From contig OX597820.1 in NCBI GenBank assembly GCA_951406725.2, positions 558,001 through 622,000 of the forward strand: a stretch of DNA of 64,000 nucleotides, read 5' to 3'. Made by a program: the position numbers and the translations under genes. Positions 13,490 through 27,019 of the stretch are shown one piece after another. Source of the DNA: Octopus vulgaris. Its lineage: Eukaryota. Numbering within the stretch: the stretch's first letter is position 1; each line of letters opens with the position of its first letter. The notes beneath the pieces are model-generated. The model had not been told where the DNA came from. It made no database searches and saw only the letters and a list, made by a program, of their open reading frames with translations.

Positions 13490-14159
13490 CAGGCATATAC
13501 ATACAAACATAGACACACCCAAGCATATATATACATACGTACAAACATGCATGTACCTACACATACGTATAGAAACAAACTTACACATACACACACGACA
13601 TTCAAATATACACGCAAACGCACACCTATATATACACACACATACATACAAATATATCCGTACATATATATATATATATACACGCACACACACGTAAGTT
13701 TTTGCTATAACGGTTTTCACTGACATTAGAACATGAGAATGTGTATTCTGATATCCTGCTATTCCACCATTCTGCTATATACATTTATAAAGTTATTCTT
13801 CTCAGACAGTGAATATTTTCCAGTATGGTTGATTTGGCAACTTACAATATTTTCATCAACAATGCACAGCAAATTAATATTCCAGACAAACCAGCTGTTT
13901 TTTTCTCTTTTACAACGCAAGCTCCATTTATATATGTTATATTTATTACTAGTATATATACTTGCAATCAGTTTAATATCACGAATTCCAAATGATTGTC
14001 AGCGAACATTACGTTTTTAATAGATTAAACATTTGCTATCGACGGAGTAAAATGCTGAATCGAGTCTAATATGTTTTCAATATTACATTTTTCAACATGG
14101 CGGAAAAAGAGCGATAAAGCGATTCGAATTATAAGGCTCCTTTTGTCTTTTATATTGAT

Positions 14160-14710
14160 CTTTTGTTTCAGGCATTGGACTGAGACCATGCTGGGGTACT
14201 GCGTTGAAGGGTTTTAGTTGAACAAATTGATTACAGCACATGGGTATTTTTCTAAAGTTTGGCATTTATTCTATCGGTGTCTTTTGCCGAACCGCTAGAT
14301 TACAAGAACTGAAAAAACAAACAAACAAAAACAAAAACAAAACAGAACAAAACAAAAAAAAGCCCAACTCAACACTGGTTGTGAATCCCTTAGGGTAGTG
14401 ATGGCGGCAAACACAGACGCAAAGACACACATATAAATATATCGATAGATCAATAGAGAAATAGATCAATAGATCGATGGAGAAATATATGGAAAAATAG
14501 ATCGATAGATCAATGGAGAAATAGATAGATAGATAGATAGATATAAATATACGATTAGCTTTCACTTCTCATCATCCCAATCTACTCACAAGCTATTATC
14601 GGCCCGGAATACAGTGTTGGACATCTTTTTTCTCGATATCGCACGGTGGGACAGAACTCAAAAACACGTGGCTGCAAAGCTAACGTCTTAACCACACAGC
14701 CAGGCCTGCA
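14160..14710 (-). mobile_element. tRNA-derived SINE with internal microsatellite
   Basis: Head tggctgtgtggttaag...gagttctgtccca; body and tail as in 28560-28970. Confidence 0.7.
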
Positions 14711-15057
14711 CCAGGTTGCATATCGCTTAATCATATTAACCTGCATGTTAACAATGTTTAATCGACACAACAGATTGTACTATTGTTATCTGTATATCCA
14801 TTAATCTAGAAATAAATATGGTTATATAATTAAATACGAGTAAAAAGCAGCGAATGAATATTGCCTTTTTTTTTGTGGGGGGGGGGGTTTACTCGTATTT
14901 ATCGTTCGTTCTTAATTATATCAAATCGCTGCGTCCATTTATTCCGTTTAAATAGAATTGACAGCAAAAATAAACTTTGCCTGCATGCATCTTCTTTTTC
15001 TGTTTTATCTTTGATTTCTTTCAGTCATTGGACAGCGGTCATACTGGGCCACTAGCG

Positions 15058-16718
15058 TAGTTGGAGGTGAGGGGGGGGATTGGGTGCGGTAGGGCCGGTC
15101 CGTCATGGGCGGCCCTTTTGGGTCTGCTGTAATCAATATGTTGTTTTTTTTTTGTGGAGTCCAGGGGGCGGCAAACAGAAGGGCCTTTCTTCATAAGACA
15201 AATGCTTGAGACCAAGAACCATGCGGGTAGCCAGCTTCTGGACTCTTTCGAGATGATGTATGTCTTTGAGGAGATAAGGAGAAGGGGCTTGAATCCCGTA
15301 CTCCAATATGGGTCTCACCTGCGTGACATAAAGCGGTAGGAATATGGCTGCTGTGAGCATTCCGAATGACCGTCGAATCAAAAACAGAACTCCGCGTGCT
15401 TTATTGGCAGCATGGACGCACTGGGCCGAAGGCTAAAAGGAAGAATCCACCAAGATACCCAGGTCCTTTACCTGGTCGGTCCTCTCCAGCAGCAGACGAC
15501 CCGGCTCGAAATCAAGTTGAGATGACAGCACTTTGACACGTTCAGACACAGGTCCCATTCGTTAGACCATCTCCAAACTTGGTGGAGGCATCGACGAAGA
15601 TCATCTATATCACCGTGAGGAGCGACCAGTTTGACATCGTCGGCAAATAGAAGGGTGTGTTGCGTGAGGTCATTGGGCAAGTCATTTATGAAGACTAAAA
15701 ACAATAAAGGCCCAAGCACTGAACCTTGAGGCACGCCACTGCTCGCACTGGAGACGTCGGACCGCGAACCATTAACTTGGACTTGGAAAGAGCGATCTGA
15801 GAGGATGGCACCAACCCATCGTACAATATCCGGATGAAAACTATATGCTTGAAGCTTGACAAGTAATAGGCGGTGATTAACCGAGTCAAAAGCTTTGGCA
15901 AAGTCCAATAAAACGATGTCAGCAGCATCACCATCATCCAGGATACGCGTCACCAATTCTTCCATTTCAAGTAAGTTGGTCAAGCATGATCTCTTCGGCA
16001 CGAAGCCGTGTTGGGAATCAGAGATAGGGTCTGTGTTTTGGAGGTGGAGCAACATACTTTTCTTAAGGATGGTTTCGAACATCTTGCTGATTATTGAAGT
16101 AAGGGAAACCGGTCGGTAGTTAAGCGGGTCTTCGCGGCTCCCTTTCTTGAAAATTGGGCAGATTATCGCTGTTCTCCAGTCCGCAGGTATAACACCCGTC
16201 GCCAATGACATATTTTAAGAGAAGTGTTAAAGGTTCGCAGATGACCGGAGCCAACGCTTTGATAACCTGTGGGTGTATGCCATCAGGGCCGTGACTTTTG
16301 TTGACATTGAGGCCTTGAATAACGCGTTCGACTTCGTCCCGAGTGATGACCAATCTAGGCATTGGAGGTACCGATCTATCAAATGGAGGGGATTCACGAC
16401 CATCATCTTGTTTGAAAATTGTTGAAAAAGCCTTGGCAAATAACTGACTCTGCTGATAAGGGTCCTCAATCGTTGCAATTTGGTTGTTCAAGCGGGAATT
16501 CTGTTGGACATGGGCAAAGAAGGTTTTTGGATTGCGACTGGCATTTGCCATGATTTTGTATTCATATCTGAAGCGTTCTTCCTTTACAATTTTCACGGCT
16601 CGGTCTCGTTGAGTTTTGTACACCTCAAAAGCTGCAGTCGAATCCAGATTTTTGAATTCAGCTGAATCAATATCTCTGAGTCGAAGTTCTCGTTTAACCT
16701 TCTTCGTCGCCCAGGACA
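15058..16718 (-). mobile_element. Old CR1/L2-type LINE ORF2 fragment (RT) nested in a SINE
   Basis: [66 protein letters not shown], with frameshifts. SINE halves lie at 14995-15057 and 16719-16930. Confidence 0.9.
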
Positions 16719-16939
16719 TTGAGTGTTTTTTTTACTCGAATAAATCGTCCCCTAGTACTTTATTTTTAAAGACTGGTACTTATTCTATAGGTCTCTTTTG
16801 GGGGGAAACACTAAGTTACAGGGACGTAAACAAACTAGTTCTGGTTATCAAGCTGTAGTGGGAGGAAAAAGAACATACACAACACACACATGTATATGTG
16901 TGTGTGTGTGTATGTGTGTATGTGTGTGTGTGGGGGGAG

Positions 16940-17083
16940 GAGGGTGAGAAGCCTTCTTCTTATCCACATGGTTCCGAGTTCAGTCCCACTGCGTGGCACC
17001 TTGGGCAAGTGTCTTCTACTATAACCTCGCGCCGACCAAAGCATGAGTAGATTTGGTAGACGGAAACTGAAAGAAGCTTGTTG

Positions 17084-17139
<56 letters not shown>

Positions 17140-17304
17140 ATTTGTGTGTTTACGTTCTCGTAACTTAGCGGTTCGGCAAAAGTACCGGTAGAATAAGTAT
17201 TAGGCTTGCAAAGAATAAGTTCTGGTGTCGATTTGTTCAGCTAAAGGCGGTGCTCTAGCATTGCCGCAGTTAAATGACTGAAGCAAGTAAAAGAATAAAA
17301 GAAT
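16940..17304 (+). mobile_element. tRNA-derived SINE
   Basis: gagttcagtccc B-box, ccttgggcaagtgtcttc core and the tail ggcggtgctctagcattgccgcagttaaatgactgaagcaagtaaaagaataaaaga. Confidence 0.85.
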
Positions 17305-17321
17305 ATATATGTGTGTGTATA

Positions 17322-17742
17322 CAGGTCGTTCAAAAAGTCTCTCCGCAGTAAGTGTTTTATTGCAAAATAAAATAAATATTTATAAGATGGTATAAGACTA
17401 CAAAAAAATATATTAGACTTTACAAGAATTAAAAAAAAACTGTTGAAAGTGTCGTCCCTCATTTTCAAAACATAAGTTGACTCTTCTACACATGTTTTGA
17501 GAGAGTCTTGGAGAGTCTGACGCGATATGGACCATGTGAAGGTTATGATTGCGTCTTTTAGCTCATTAATGGTTTCCGGGCGATTCTTGTACGTTGATCC
17601 TTCACTTGATCCCCAGAAAAAAAAATGTCTGGCGGTGTGAAATCAGGAGATCTTGGTGGCCAAAGTCCCTTCGAAATAATCCATTCACCGAAAAACTCTT
17701 GAAAAAGAAAAATAACTGAGGAGAGACTTTTTGAACACCATG
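17322..17742 (-). mobile_element. Internally deleted Tc1/mariner-superfamily element
   Basis: TIRs caggtcgttcaaaaagtctctcc / ggagagactttttgaacaccatg; transposase motif WPPRSPDFTPPDIFF on the minus strand. Confidence 0.8.
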
Positions 17743-18929
17743 TGTGTGTGCGTACACACACACACACACACACACACATTTATATATATATAATCGCAAG
17801 TACATATGCATGTATGTAATGTATGTGATGCGTACATGTAGGTGGGTAGGTAGGTATGTTACCTGATGCTATGCTTGCTACCTTCGAAATCCCTTCTCTT
17901 GCTAATACTAAACTCCTAAGTAAGCAACCCCGAAAAAGGGTCGAAATGGTTTCTGAAATCCGACACCCGAGAAAAGGGGTGGGAGCGGCGAGTCGAGGGA
18001 GTAGCGATGATGCTGATGTGATGATAACGATGATGGTGGTGTCGGTCTTGTTGTTGTTGTTTTTGGTGGTGGTGTTGGTGGTGGTGGATAAATGGTGCCG
18101 ATGATGGCGACGAGGAAGAAGCAGTGTATTATAGGCTGGCGGTGGGGTTGGTGGTTGTAGTGGTATTGTTTGTAGCTTGTAGCGATGTCGGTGATGGGGG
18201 AGAAGAGCACTATGCTATATGGTGGTGTGTTGGCGGTGATGATGGGTGGTGGATACGGTGGTTGTGCATTGTAATGAGGGTGGTGGTGGTGGTGGTAGTT
18301 GGAGTATGCAATTACGGGTGATAGTAGCAGTGGTGGTTTGTGTGGAATGGTTATTGCGGCGGTGGTAGTGAGTGTGTGTGTGTGGGGGGGGTCGATGATA
18401 AGGGGAATGGTAGTCATAGTGACGATGGTGGGGGTGGTGGTGGTGATGGCGGAGGTGTTGGTGGTAGGAGTAATTCACGGCTACGACAAACTAGAGAACT
18501 GGGACACCATCGCTAACGTGTTTGCCTCATTGTAGGTGCCCCTTTGATGTGTGAGGTGCGTATTTAATGCGCTTCGGTGTGTGTGTGTGTGTGTAGTGCG
18601 CATGTACGTAGCTTGTATGAGTAAAGTGAACCATAGTGAGAGTGAGAGAATGTGGATGCTAGAAAGAACAGCTACTTTCAGAGACCGTGTATCTTGTTAT
18701 GATGGTAGCTTTAATTTTTATTCTGCTTGGAAACATAATCTCACACACACACACACTCTCTCTCTCTCTCTCCCCCTCTCTGTCTCGCTCTCTCTCTCCT
18801 CCTCTCTGTCTCTCTCTCTCTCATACACACACACACACTCTCTCTCTCTCTCACACACACACAAGGCAAAATGTTAAAGGCACCCCACCCTGAACCCCCT
18901 GAACATTACCGTCTCGAACATTACCGGGT

Positions 18930-19390
18930 AACTGGTACTCATAGGACCAGTTACCCGGTTTCCATGGCATTGAAGTGACCGAAATCACAACACACTCTTC
19001 CTGGACGGGACGCTAGTCCATAGCAGGGTGACTCATTTACGGCTGAGCGGAGTGGAGCAACGTGAAACGAAGTGTTTCGCTCAAGAACACAACGCAACAC
19101 CCGATCCAGGAATCGAAACCGCGACCTTACAATCGTGCGTGCATTATCCTCACCCAGTGATTCTCAGCCTTTTTGAAATCGGGATCAAATCCAAAACCTG
19201 GATTTTTTTAAGGGGACCGCACCCCCTCCCCAAAAGAAAAAAACTAAAACACAAGTCGATTAAAGAAAGGTTTATGATATTTATAGTGAGGAGACAACCG
19301 GGGAGGCAGAAGGGTGCTAGAGGGTCGCATGCGGCCCTTGGAGCCGTGGTTGACAACCGCTGCTCTAATCTTTCGGCCACGTACCTCCAG
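18930..19390 (-). mobile_element. tRNA-derived SINE interrupted in its head by a MITE
   Basis: ctcaagaacacaacgca...ggaatcgaaacc resembles 11717-12060; the head resumes at 19363 (ctctaatc..ggccacg). Confidence 0.65.
19155..19362 (+). mobile_element. hAT (Charlie-like) MITE
   Basis: TIRs cagtgattctcagcc / ggttgacaaccgctg; homologous to 21472-21665; degenerate 8-bp TSD tcctcacc/ctctaatc. Confidence 0.65.
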
Positions 19391-19655
19391 TCGCACATAC
19401 ATTCACATACATGCAGGGCTGGATGAAGCTTGTATTGAATCTGTAGGACCTGTAAGGCCTGGGCGAACTGTTACACACGATATAAGGAGGCCCTAAGTCA
19501 AAAACTTTGCTGTTATCTAGAATTATAATAATTTTATGGACCCAATCAGGATATTCGAATGGCTGATGTAGATACATGGGGCCGAAACGTTACACAAGGC
19601 GCTTGCCGTTGGTTTGCTAAATTTGTGTTCCATCAAAGAGACGAATTATGATTTC

Positions 19656-20007
19656 TTTTGTTGTATATCGAGAGGGTCATTATGCTAATTATAAACACAC
19701 ACACTGGTTCTATTTCACTTCTTTTATTTATCAATTGGTTAACTATTTAAGTAATTAAATAATCGATTGTTTAAGTAATCTTTCAATTAATCAACCAGTT
19801 AGGCTTGTCGAAGCCCTTTCATCACCATTCGCGACTTCATCAAAGATATATCTCAACAGCACATCTGCTTCGGAAGCAAATTAATCAAACAATTGATGAG
19901 TTAATTGGTTAAATAGTTAACCAATTGTCAAACAAATAATAAAGAAGTGGAACTGAACCAGTGTGTGTTTATTGTTGGCATTATGACCCTCGTAAGATGC
20001 AACAAAA
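19656..20007. mobile_element. Fold-back element with ~120-bp imperfect arms and a hammerhead-like motif (19810-19843, minus strand)
   Basis: ttttgttgtat..cgagagggtcattatgc..aaacacacacactggttc pairs with gaaccagtgtgtgttt..gcattatgaccctcg..atgcaacaaaa. Centre on the minus strand: TTGATGA-a-gtcgc/gtgat-GAAA. Confidence 0.55.
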
Positions 20008-21444
20008 CATGTTCCAACACACGAGTTCAAATCAAGAATCTTGCAAGCCATATGCAGAAACGAAATAAAATTATTTTTATGTATCCAATCAGACCAATGT
20101 ATAGAAACCAGCAAACAAAGAATGAGGTAATCGAAATAAAGTATTCCATTATTTATTATTTCCCCTAAAGTTTGATATTTAGCTACTGGTCGATGTGCGT
20201 GAAGTATTTTACAAGATTAACTCTGGGAAGTGACTACTTAGACAGGGTAAATTAAGTATGGAATTTGAACGAGTTTGTTCCTTCCTATACAGATCCTTAC
20301 TTCGTTTTAAACCCACCATAAAATTCAGTTTAGATGTAACAAACTTACGCGAATTCACTAATCTATATCGTTATATAAAAAGCTGTTTATTAATAAGTTT
20401 GGATTATGTAACTTTTAGTAAAAGAGAGCAATGATTAAAGTCTATACTGTCTAGAAAAAGTTTTAAATTCCAATTTTAATTATTTTTAATCGAAATGTGG
20501 TTTTCAAAATTCTTTAATTATTGAAGATTGCAACTATTCGATTCAGTCACAAAGATAATTTCTGTTCTCTGTGAGATAGCTTCTTTTTTCTAACGTCTCT
20601 TCTTTTTTCAACGTCTCTGTCTTTTAATCGCTCACCTCTTCTAGAAATATAAAGGATGCCGAAATATCTGCAACGCTACTTTCTAAAGCCATATCAGTAA
20701 AAGCATTTCTCCAAATGACAAGTTTAACCCAGCCAAATTATGTTGACCATTATCCTTTCATAATTATTGCATGTTGTTGAAGACAACGGGGGACTTTTGC
20801 GTGGTTAGGTCACTGTAATATTTGTTTTTCTTTTCATAAATTCCAACGCTCTTTGTGAGTACTTGGCATTATTCAAAACTTATTTACTGAGCGAATAATT
20901 ACTATTAAACGAATATTGAATACAAATGACAATTAGAGTAAAGAAAAATGACACAAATTGGGAATTAAATATCACTTATCAACCTGCAGAAAACAGCCCT
21001 GAGGGTGGTCCTTTTGCTAGTATACTGAATTGGTATGTAAGCAACCAAGATGCCATATTAAATATTCTCCCCTGAAGCACAACCCTTATATTCAATATAA
21101 AATAAATTTGTTGTAATCTGAAGTTGAAAATGTGACTATTAATTTAAACTTGATATTTGTGTTGTAAGATTTGCTTAATGGCGTAAGGTTAAAGCGGAAG
21201 TTGTACATCATAAACTGTTTCTTATCTGTTTCAAAATCACGACTTGATTAAAAAGGGATAGTTACCATTAGGGTATTTTTAATATATTTTCAAAAATCTG
21301 ACTCGTTCAGCAGATCGTGTTTATGAGGAAATAGTCACATTAATTGTATAACGAGGTTAATGCATCGAAATAACGAAATAGAACGGCAACTATATTCATT
21401 TAACAACTGACACAAGTCATACGAGTCTATTCATTTATCGTTGG

Positions 21445-21900
21445 TGAATGTACTTGGCCCAGCGAGTAGAGCAGTGGTTCCCAATCTTTTTAGTATCCGG
21501 ACCAGATCCCAAACCTGGATTTTTTTAGGGGACCAGCACCGAAAAAAGTAAAACAAAAGTCATATCGAGAAAAATTGTATTTATAAAGGGAAAATCGTCA
21601 AGGGTTGCCGGAAGGATGCTTAAAGGTCGCATGCGGCTCTGATAGCTGCAGTTGGGAGCCCGCCGAATTAGAGTGTTGTACTAGCGATCGCAAGATCGTG
21701 GTTTCGATTCTCGGACTAGCTGGTGCTTTGTGTTATTAAAACACTTCATTTCAAGTTGCTTCAGTCTTCTACTCAGTTGTAAACGAACAGCCCTGCAACG
21801 GACTGGCGTTCCATTCCAAGGGAAATGTTGTGGTCTCGGTCACAGCAGGGAAACCGGTTAAGCGGCCTTATGAATCGTAAGGCTTCAGATAGCATTTGCT
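21445..21900 (+). mobile_element. tRNA-derived SINE interrupted by a hAT MITE (21472-21665)
   Basis: tggcccagcgagtagag|cagtggttcccaa...ttgggagcccgccg|aattagag...gtggtttcgattc; TSD gagtagag/aattagag. Confidence 0.65.
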
Positions 21901-22670
21901 TTTGTGGGGCGGAATTTACCGTTTTACATTCAGTTCGATTATTGTAATTTGTTTTAATTAAAAAATGTGTTGGGTCTTAGGATTATCCCGAATTTTAGAT
22001 CAACTTAAAACACAGTCGAACATAAACGCTGATGATAGTATACAGAACAGTAGTCATTGAGCATGCGCAGAATCATGGGATCGCGAACGATAGCTTGATG
22101 TACTTTAAACACCCTAACTGCTTGCAGAGGTAATTAAATAATAAAATGTTTACCACAGGCTCCCTGAAAATGTGGCAACCGTAGCTTATACTGTTCTTAC
22201 TACTAAGTCACACCCAGCACTGCACATATGGGTACATATTAAAAGATTAGCCATTATCATCTTTACTTCTACGTATGTCTCACATATACAGATACGAACA
22301 CATCTTAGTTGCAGAAATAGATACGGAGCTGGTTAGCCAGTTACTCTACCTAGATTTATTAGTTTGCTACATGAACTAGCCACTTAGTTGTTAGCTTTCT
22401 TAGCTAGCTTCGTAGCTACCTATATTAGCTAGCTTTATTAGCTAGCTACATAGGTAGCTATATAACCAGCAATATAGCTGGCTAGATAATATGTAGTTAG
22501 ACAAAGATAATTGGATAGCTAGACATAGGTAAATAAATGGCTGCTCAGATAAATGAAATGGATAGTAATACAAAGAAGTAAAGACACGTTATGTAAACAG
22601 ATTACAAACATACCCCCCACATTTACACACAGAAGTAAATATGCACATACAGACAGACAGACAGACAGAC

Positions 22671-22701
<31 letters not shown>

Positions 22702-23555
22702 CAGGCATAAAAGTAAACAGAGAGAGAAAAGAGAGTGGGGAGAGAGAATGAGAGACGGGATACGGTAGACAGATATCAAGATTGGTAGAAATACTAATTA
22801 TTTTCCCCCAGGCTACTTAAGAGTCTATTTGTTTCTCTACTTAATATATGTTTTGTAATCAATATGTTTCTCTTTCTATTAACTGCGTTAAACCATCACC
22901 AACAAAAATACATGCAGTCATACATCTAATACAAGCGGTTACTGTAAACTGTTTCCACTGGGTCTCCTCTGCTTTCTGCTTCACATTCTTTATTTTTTAT
23001 TATCATTTAACAAAACATTTTTTTGCTCGTTGAATTTATCGTCTTTTGCAGTCTTGGATATTCGTTTCTTTAATAAACGTTATCAAAGGCTGACTATTCA
23101 GTTTTAACATTGATACAGAGACAATTTCTGTTACAAAGATATACTAAATTAAATCAACCCAATTATATTATCTTCTCCAGGTTTTAAAATGGCTGCTCTG
23201 ATTTCAGATTTATGCAACATTACGCGTACGGGACATAACCTCCAACACCAATGTATATGTAGCAATGATTCGAGAGCGATCTGTTAGATAACCAGTATAG
23301 CATCACGACCGAACTACAATAGTTTCATGCGATCGGTCTATTAAGCAACCAATCATCTTCAAACAGTCACGTGATTCAATCTTCTAGGCCGCTTCTGGTG
23401 GTAATTGCAGAATGCTGAGGCAGCTGTGTCTCCATTCACGCTACGAACTTAGCACAATTGCTTCCATTTATGTTGTATCAATAAGCTCGCCGTAAACTCC
23501 GAGCAGTATATCTCTCCCAGTATGTAATTATTGCTGTTAATAATTTGTAAAAGTA

Positions 23556-23985
23556 AGGCGGCGAGCTGGCAGAAACATTTGCGCGCCGGGCGAAATGCTT
23601 AGCGGCATTTCGTTTGCCGCTACGTTCTGAGTTCAAATTCCGCCGAGGTCGACTTTGCCTTTCAGCCTTTCGGGGTCGATTAAATAAGTACCAGTTACGC
23701 ATTGGGGTCGATATAATCGACTTAATCCGTTTGTCTGTCCTTGTTTGTTCCCTCTCTGTGTTTAGCCCCTTGTGGGTAGTAAAGAAATAAGAAACGTTAG
23801 CACGCCGGGCGAAATGCTTAGCGGTATTTCGTTTGTTTTTACTTTTTGAGTTCAAATTCCACCGAGGTCGACTTTGCCTTTCATCCTTTCGCGGTCGATA
23901 AATTAAGTACCAGTTGCGTACTAGGGTCGATCTAATCGACTGGTCCCTTCCCCCAAAATTTCGGTCCTCGTGCCTTGAGTAGAAA
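23556..23985 (+). mobile_element. Tandem tRNA-derived SINEs (Nin/Deu-like core)
   Basis: ggcggcgagctggcagaa..gagttcaaattcc..gcctttcatcctttcgSggtcgataaattaagtaccag occurs twice. Confidence 0.8.
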
Positions 23986-24469
23986 ATAATAATATATAAA
24001 AAACCAACGCAGATAAAACTCTAAGTGTAAAAATAAGATTTTGAGTTAATTGTTCGCTGCAGCCCAAGAAATACATTTTCATGCATCGACTCAGCCAGCA
24101 ACCGCCTTAGACCAGCCATCAAAGCGCATTCACAACATATACTTACGACCAGTTTAACCCCGGTCGCTTTTCCTACAGGAAAATTCGAACGTAGTTGCAA
24201 ACCAATGAATACACAAGTTTATAGTCTAGCTATGGCGGGCAGCGGAGGATTATACCTATTTTGTGATAGCTGAACTTTCTAGTTGAACTGTAAATGAATA
24301 ATCCGGCAATGGACTTGTGTTTTGTCCAAAGGGAATGTTGTGGCCACCGTTACACTACCTCTTAGGTGACTGTGCTGTCGGCTCTCAACTCCACCAAAGA
24401 GCTGACTCTGTCTCTCTGCCTTTCTTTCTTTTTATTTCTGTGTCTCGTTGTCCCTCTGTTTTTCTACTT

Positions 24470-24511
<42 letters not shown>

Positions 24512-24952
24512 ATTAAGCCTGTTCTTCTACACGAGTATATGAATAGCTTCAATGATATGTGCAGTGGAGCAACAACTGTCCTATTCGGACCGCTACTGTC
24601 TGTCACTGTTGTGGTCACTGTCAGGATTAGAGACATGGAAACAGCTCGGAGAGGGGAGAGAATACACTTAGAAAAGGAATTCTTGCGTTACAACAACATT
24701 TTCAGTGACGCATTATATTCGTAATGCAGGGAGATTCCTGTACTTCAGTCTACACAGCTAAGGAGGTGTGTGCATAAAACTATAGGTGTATATGCGTGTG
24801 TGCTCGTGCGCGATCTCTATGTGGTCGCCCTATCTATTAGAAATACCAGTCAAATCACCCTCAAAATCAAACCCTTAAAGCAGGAAGGAAAAAATGAACA
24901 ACGAGGCCCTAGACACTTCATACCGATCTTCACCGGAGCAAACAAAATAATA

Positions 24953-25515
24953 TTGGGTTGGCTAGAAAGTTCGTGCCGATTTATAGTAGCTTACCTTTCT
25001 ACTTATTTTAGAAGATGGTTGAGTCCATAAAATAGGATTTGACTACACTTCCATTCAGAGCACAGTTTAAACCATCTTTTTGTGGAAGAAGGTTTATGTT
25101 CCTATAACCTGTGTTAATTCTGTAACCCTTTAAAATGGAAGATAAGTTCATTTTTGGCACTTGATGCTCTGGGAACCAGACAAAAATTGCTGCAGCTCAG
25201 CTGGGATATGTTACCCCACCCTCCATATTCACCAGATATTGCTCCCCCGGATTTCCACTCATTCAGGTCTCTGCAGAATAGTCTTAATAGTAAAAATTTC
25301 AATTCCTTGGATGACGTAAAAAAGATCCCTTGATGAATCCTTTGCCATGAAACCACCTCAATTCTGGGAAGGGGATATTTTCAAGATAAAGCAAAGATGG
25401 AGACGCATTGTGCAACAAAATGGTTCATATTTGGTTGATTAAAAATGTAATGGCAAGTATTTATTGACCTTTTTCTTTCCTTTAAAAATCGGCACGAACT
25501 TTCCGGACAACTCAA
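24953..25515 (+). mobile_element. Internally deleted mariner element
   Basis: TIRs ttgggttggctagaaagttcgtgccgattt / aaatcggcacgaactttccggacaactcaa with TA flanks; LPHPPYSPDIAPPDFHLFRSLQN motif. Confidence 0.9.
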
Positions 25516-25544
25516 TAATAATAAACTTTTATACTACAGAGTCA

Positions 25545-25967
25545 TGGTTTAAAAATTTTAGAGGTGGTGGGGTAAGTCGATTACATCGACCCCAGTGTTC
25601 AACTGGAACATATTTTGTCGTTCCCAAAGGGATAAAAGGTTGACCTCGTCAGAATTTGAGCACAGAATATAATGACGTACGAAATGACGCTAAACATTTT
25701 GTTCGGCATGCTAACGATTCTACAAAACTCGCCGTCTTAAGACCAACTATTGATTTCAAATTTTGGCACAAGGCCAGCAATTTTGAGTGAGTGGCTCTAA
25801 TCGATTACATCGACCCCAGTACTCAACTGGTACTTATTTTATCGACCTGGAAGGGATATAAAGCAAAAGCGATCTCGGTAGAATCCGAACTCAGAACGTA
25901 CAGACGGACGAAACGCCACTAAGCATTTCGCCCGGCGTGCTAACGATTCTGCCAGTTCCTCGCCGCC
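25545..25967 (-). mobile_element. Two tandem SINEs (Nin/Deu-like family)
   Basis: Reverse-complement homologues of 23556-23985. Confidence 0.75.
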
Positions 25968-26149
25968 CTCACAAGTTAACTAATCGCAGACTGTTACTTC
26001 GCTAAACACACATTCATCGAAGTGCCATAGCTTCAAGTTCTTTTATCGAGCTCCATGTGAATAGGACGAAGTTTTTTTTCTCAAAGAGTAAGAAATCTAG
26101 GCCAGAAATGTGTCGTTACGTTTCATATTATTATTTTCTTTGTCTATAA

Positions 26150-26189
<40 letters not shown>

Positions 26190-26651
26190 ATGGCTGCAAT
26201 TGAGCGCTTTACATTGAGTAAAATACACAGTTGGTTGCTCTTTAGGAATTTGTAGACAGTAAACTTATGCATGGCTGCACTTAACGTAGTAATAACACCT
26301 TCTGTTGGGGGTCTTTATTTCTCACTTCCTTGTATCATTATGTGCGGATGTAGATGTGAGCACACACTCACACAATCACAGAGATACATTGTATGTATGT
26401 ATATAAGTTTATGTATATATATATATTTATATATATGCATGTGAATATGTATATGACTCAGTGCGTGTGTGTATCTATGCTTGTGAATATATATATATAT
26501 ATTTTATATATGTGTGTTTGTATTTACATACATACGCGCGCACACAAACGCACACACAAGCACACACAAGCACACACACAAATAACTATATATACAAAAG
26601 TGCATGCACGCACATGCATACATACGTGTGGGCGTATGTGTTGTGTGTGTA

Positions 26652-26682
<31 letters not shown>

Positions 26683-26977
26683 ATATATCTATATATATAT
26701 ATATACGTATATACAGTCAATATTCATCTATAAGTAATGACAAAGAGGACCGAGAAAAGGTAGCAGGTGTGTTATCATGCATATATAAGAATCTATGTAA
26801 GAATACAATTAACTATACTCGTACAATACAACATATACATCTTCTACACACCTTCATAAACAGACAGGTAAGAATGTAAATTCAAGTAGGTGATGATGCT
26901 CAAGAATTTATCTCAGAGAAAATTGAATGGTTATGGTTAATGGGAAGAATTCGGTTTTATAAGCAAGGAAAGTGCCA

Positions 26978-27019
26978 GCTCAGACCCGTTTCGGTTTTAT
27001 TAGCTCTCATCAGTGAAGC
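26978..27019 (-). ncRNA. Minimal hammerhead-like motif (weak stem II)
   Basis: ttca-CTGATGA-gagctaataaaacc-GAAAC-gg-GTC-tgag. Confidence 0.5.

Noticed and set aside
18000-18480. His/Pro- or Val-rich ORFs
   Set aside because: Degenerate (GGT/GAT)n low-complexity DNA.
19551-19600. CTGATGT...GAAACGTTA motif
   Set aside because: Core mismatch and no local stem I or II.
20160-20900. Possible ancient Harbinger transposase (YLATG)
   Set aside because: A single short motif among many stops; cannot be supported without a profile search.
24500-24730. Unique block with short ORFs on both strands
   Set aside because: No recognisable domain or clear splice pair.
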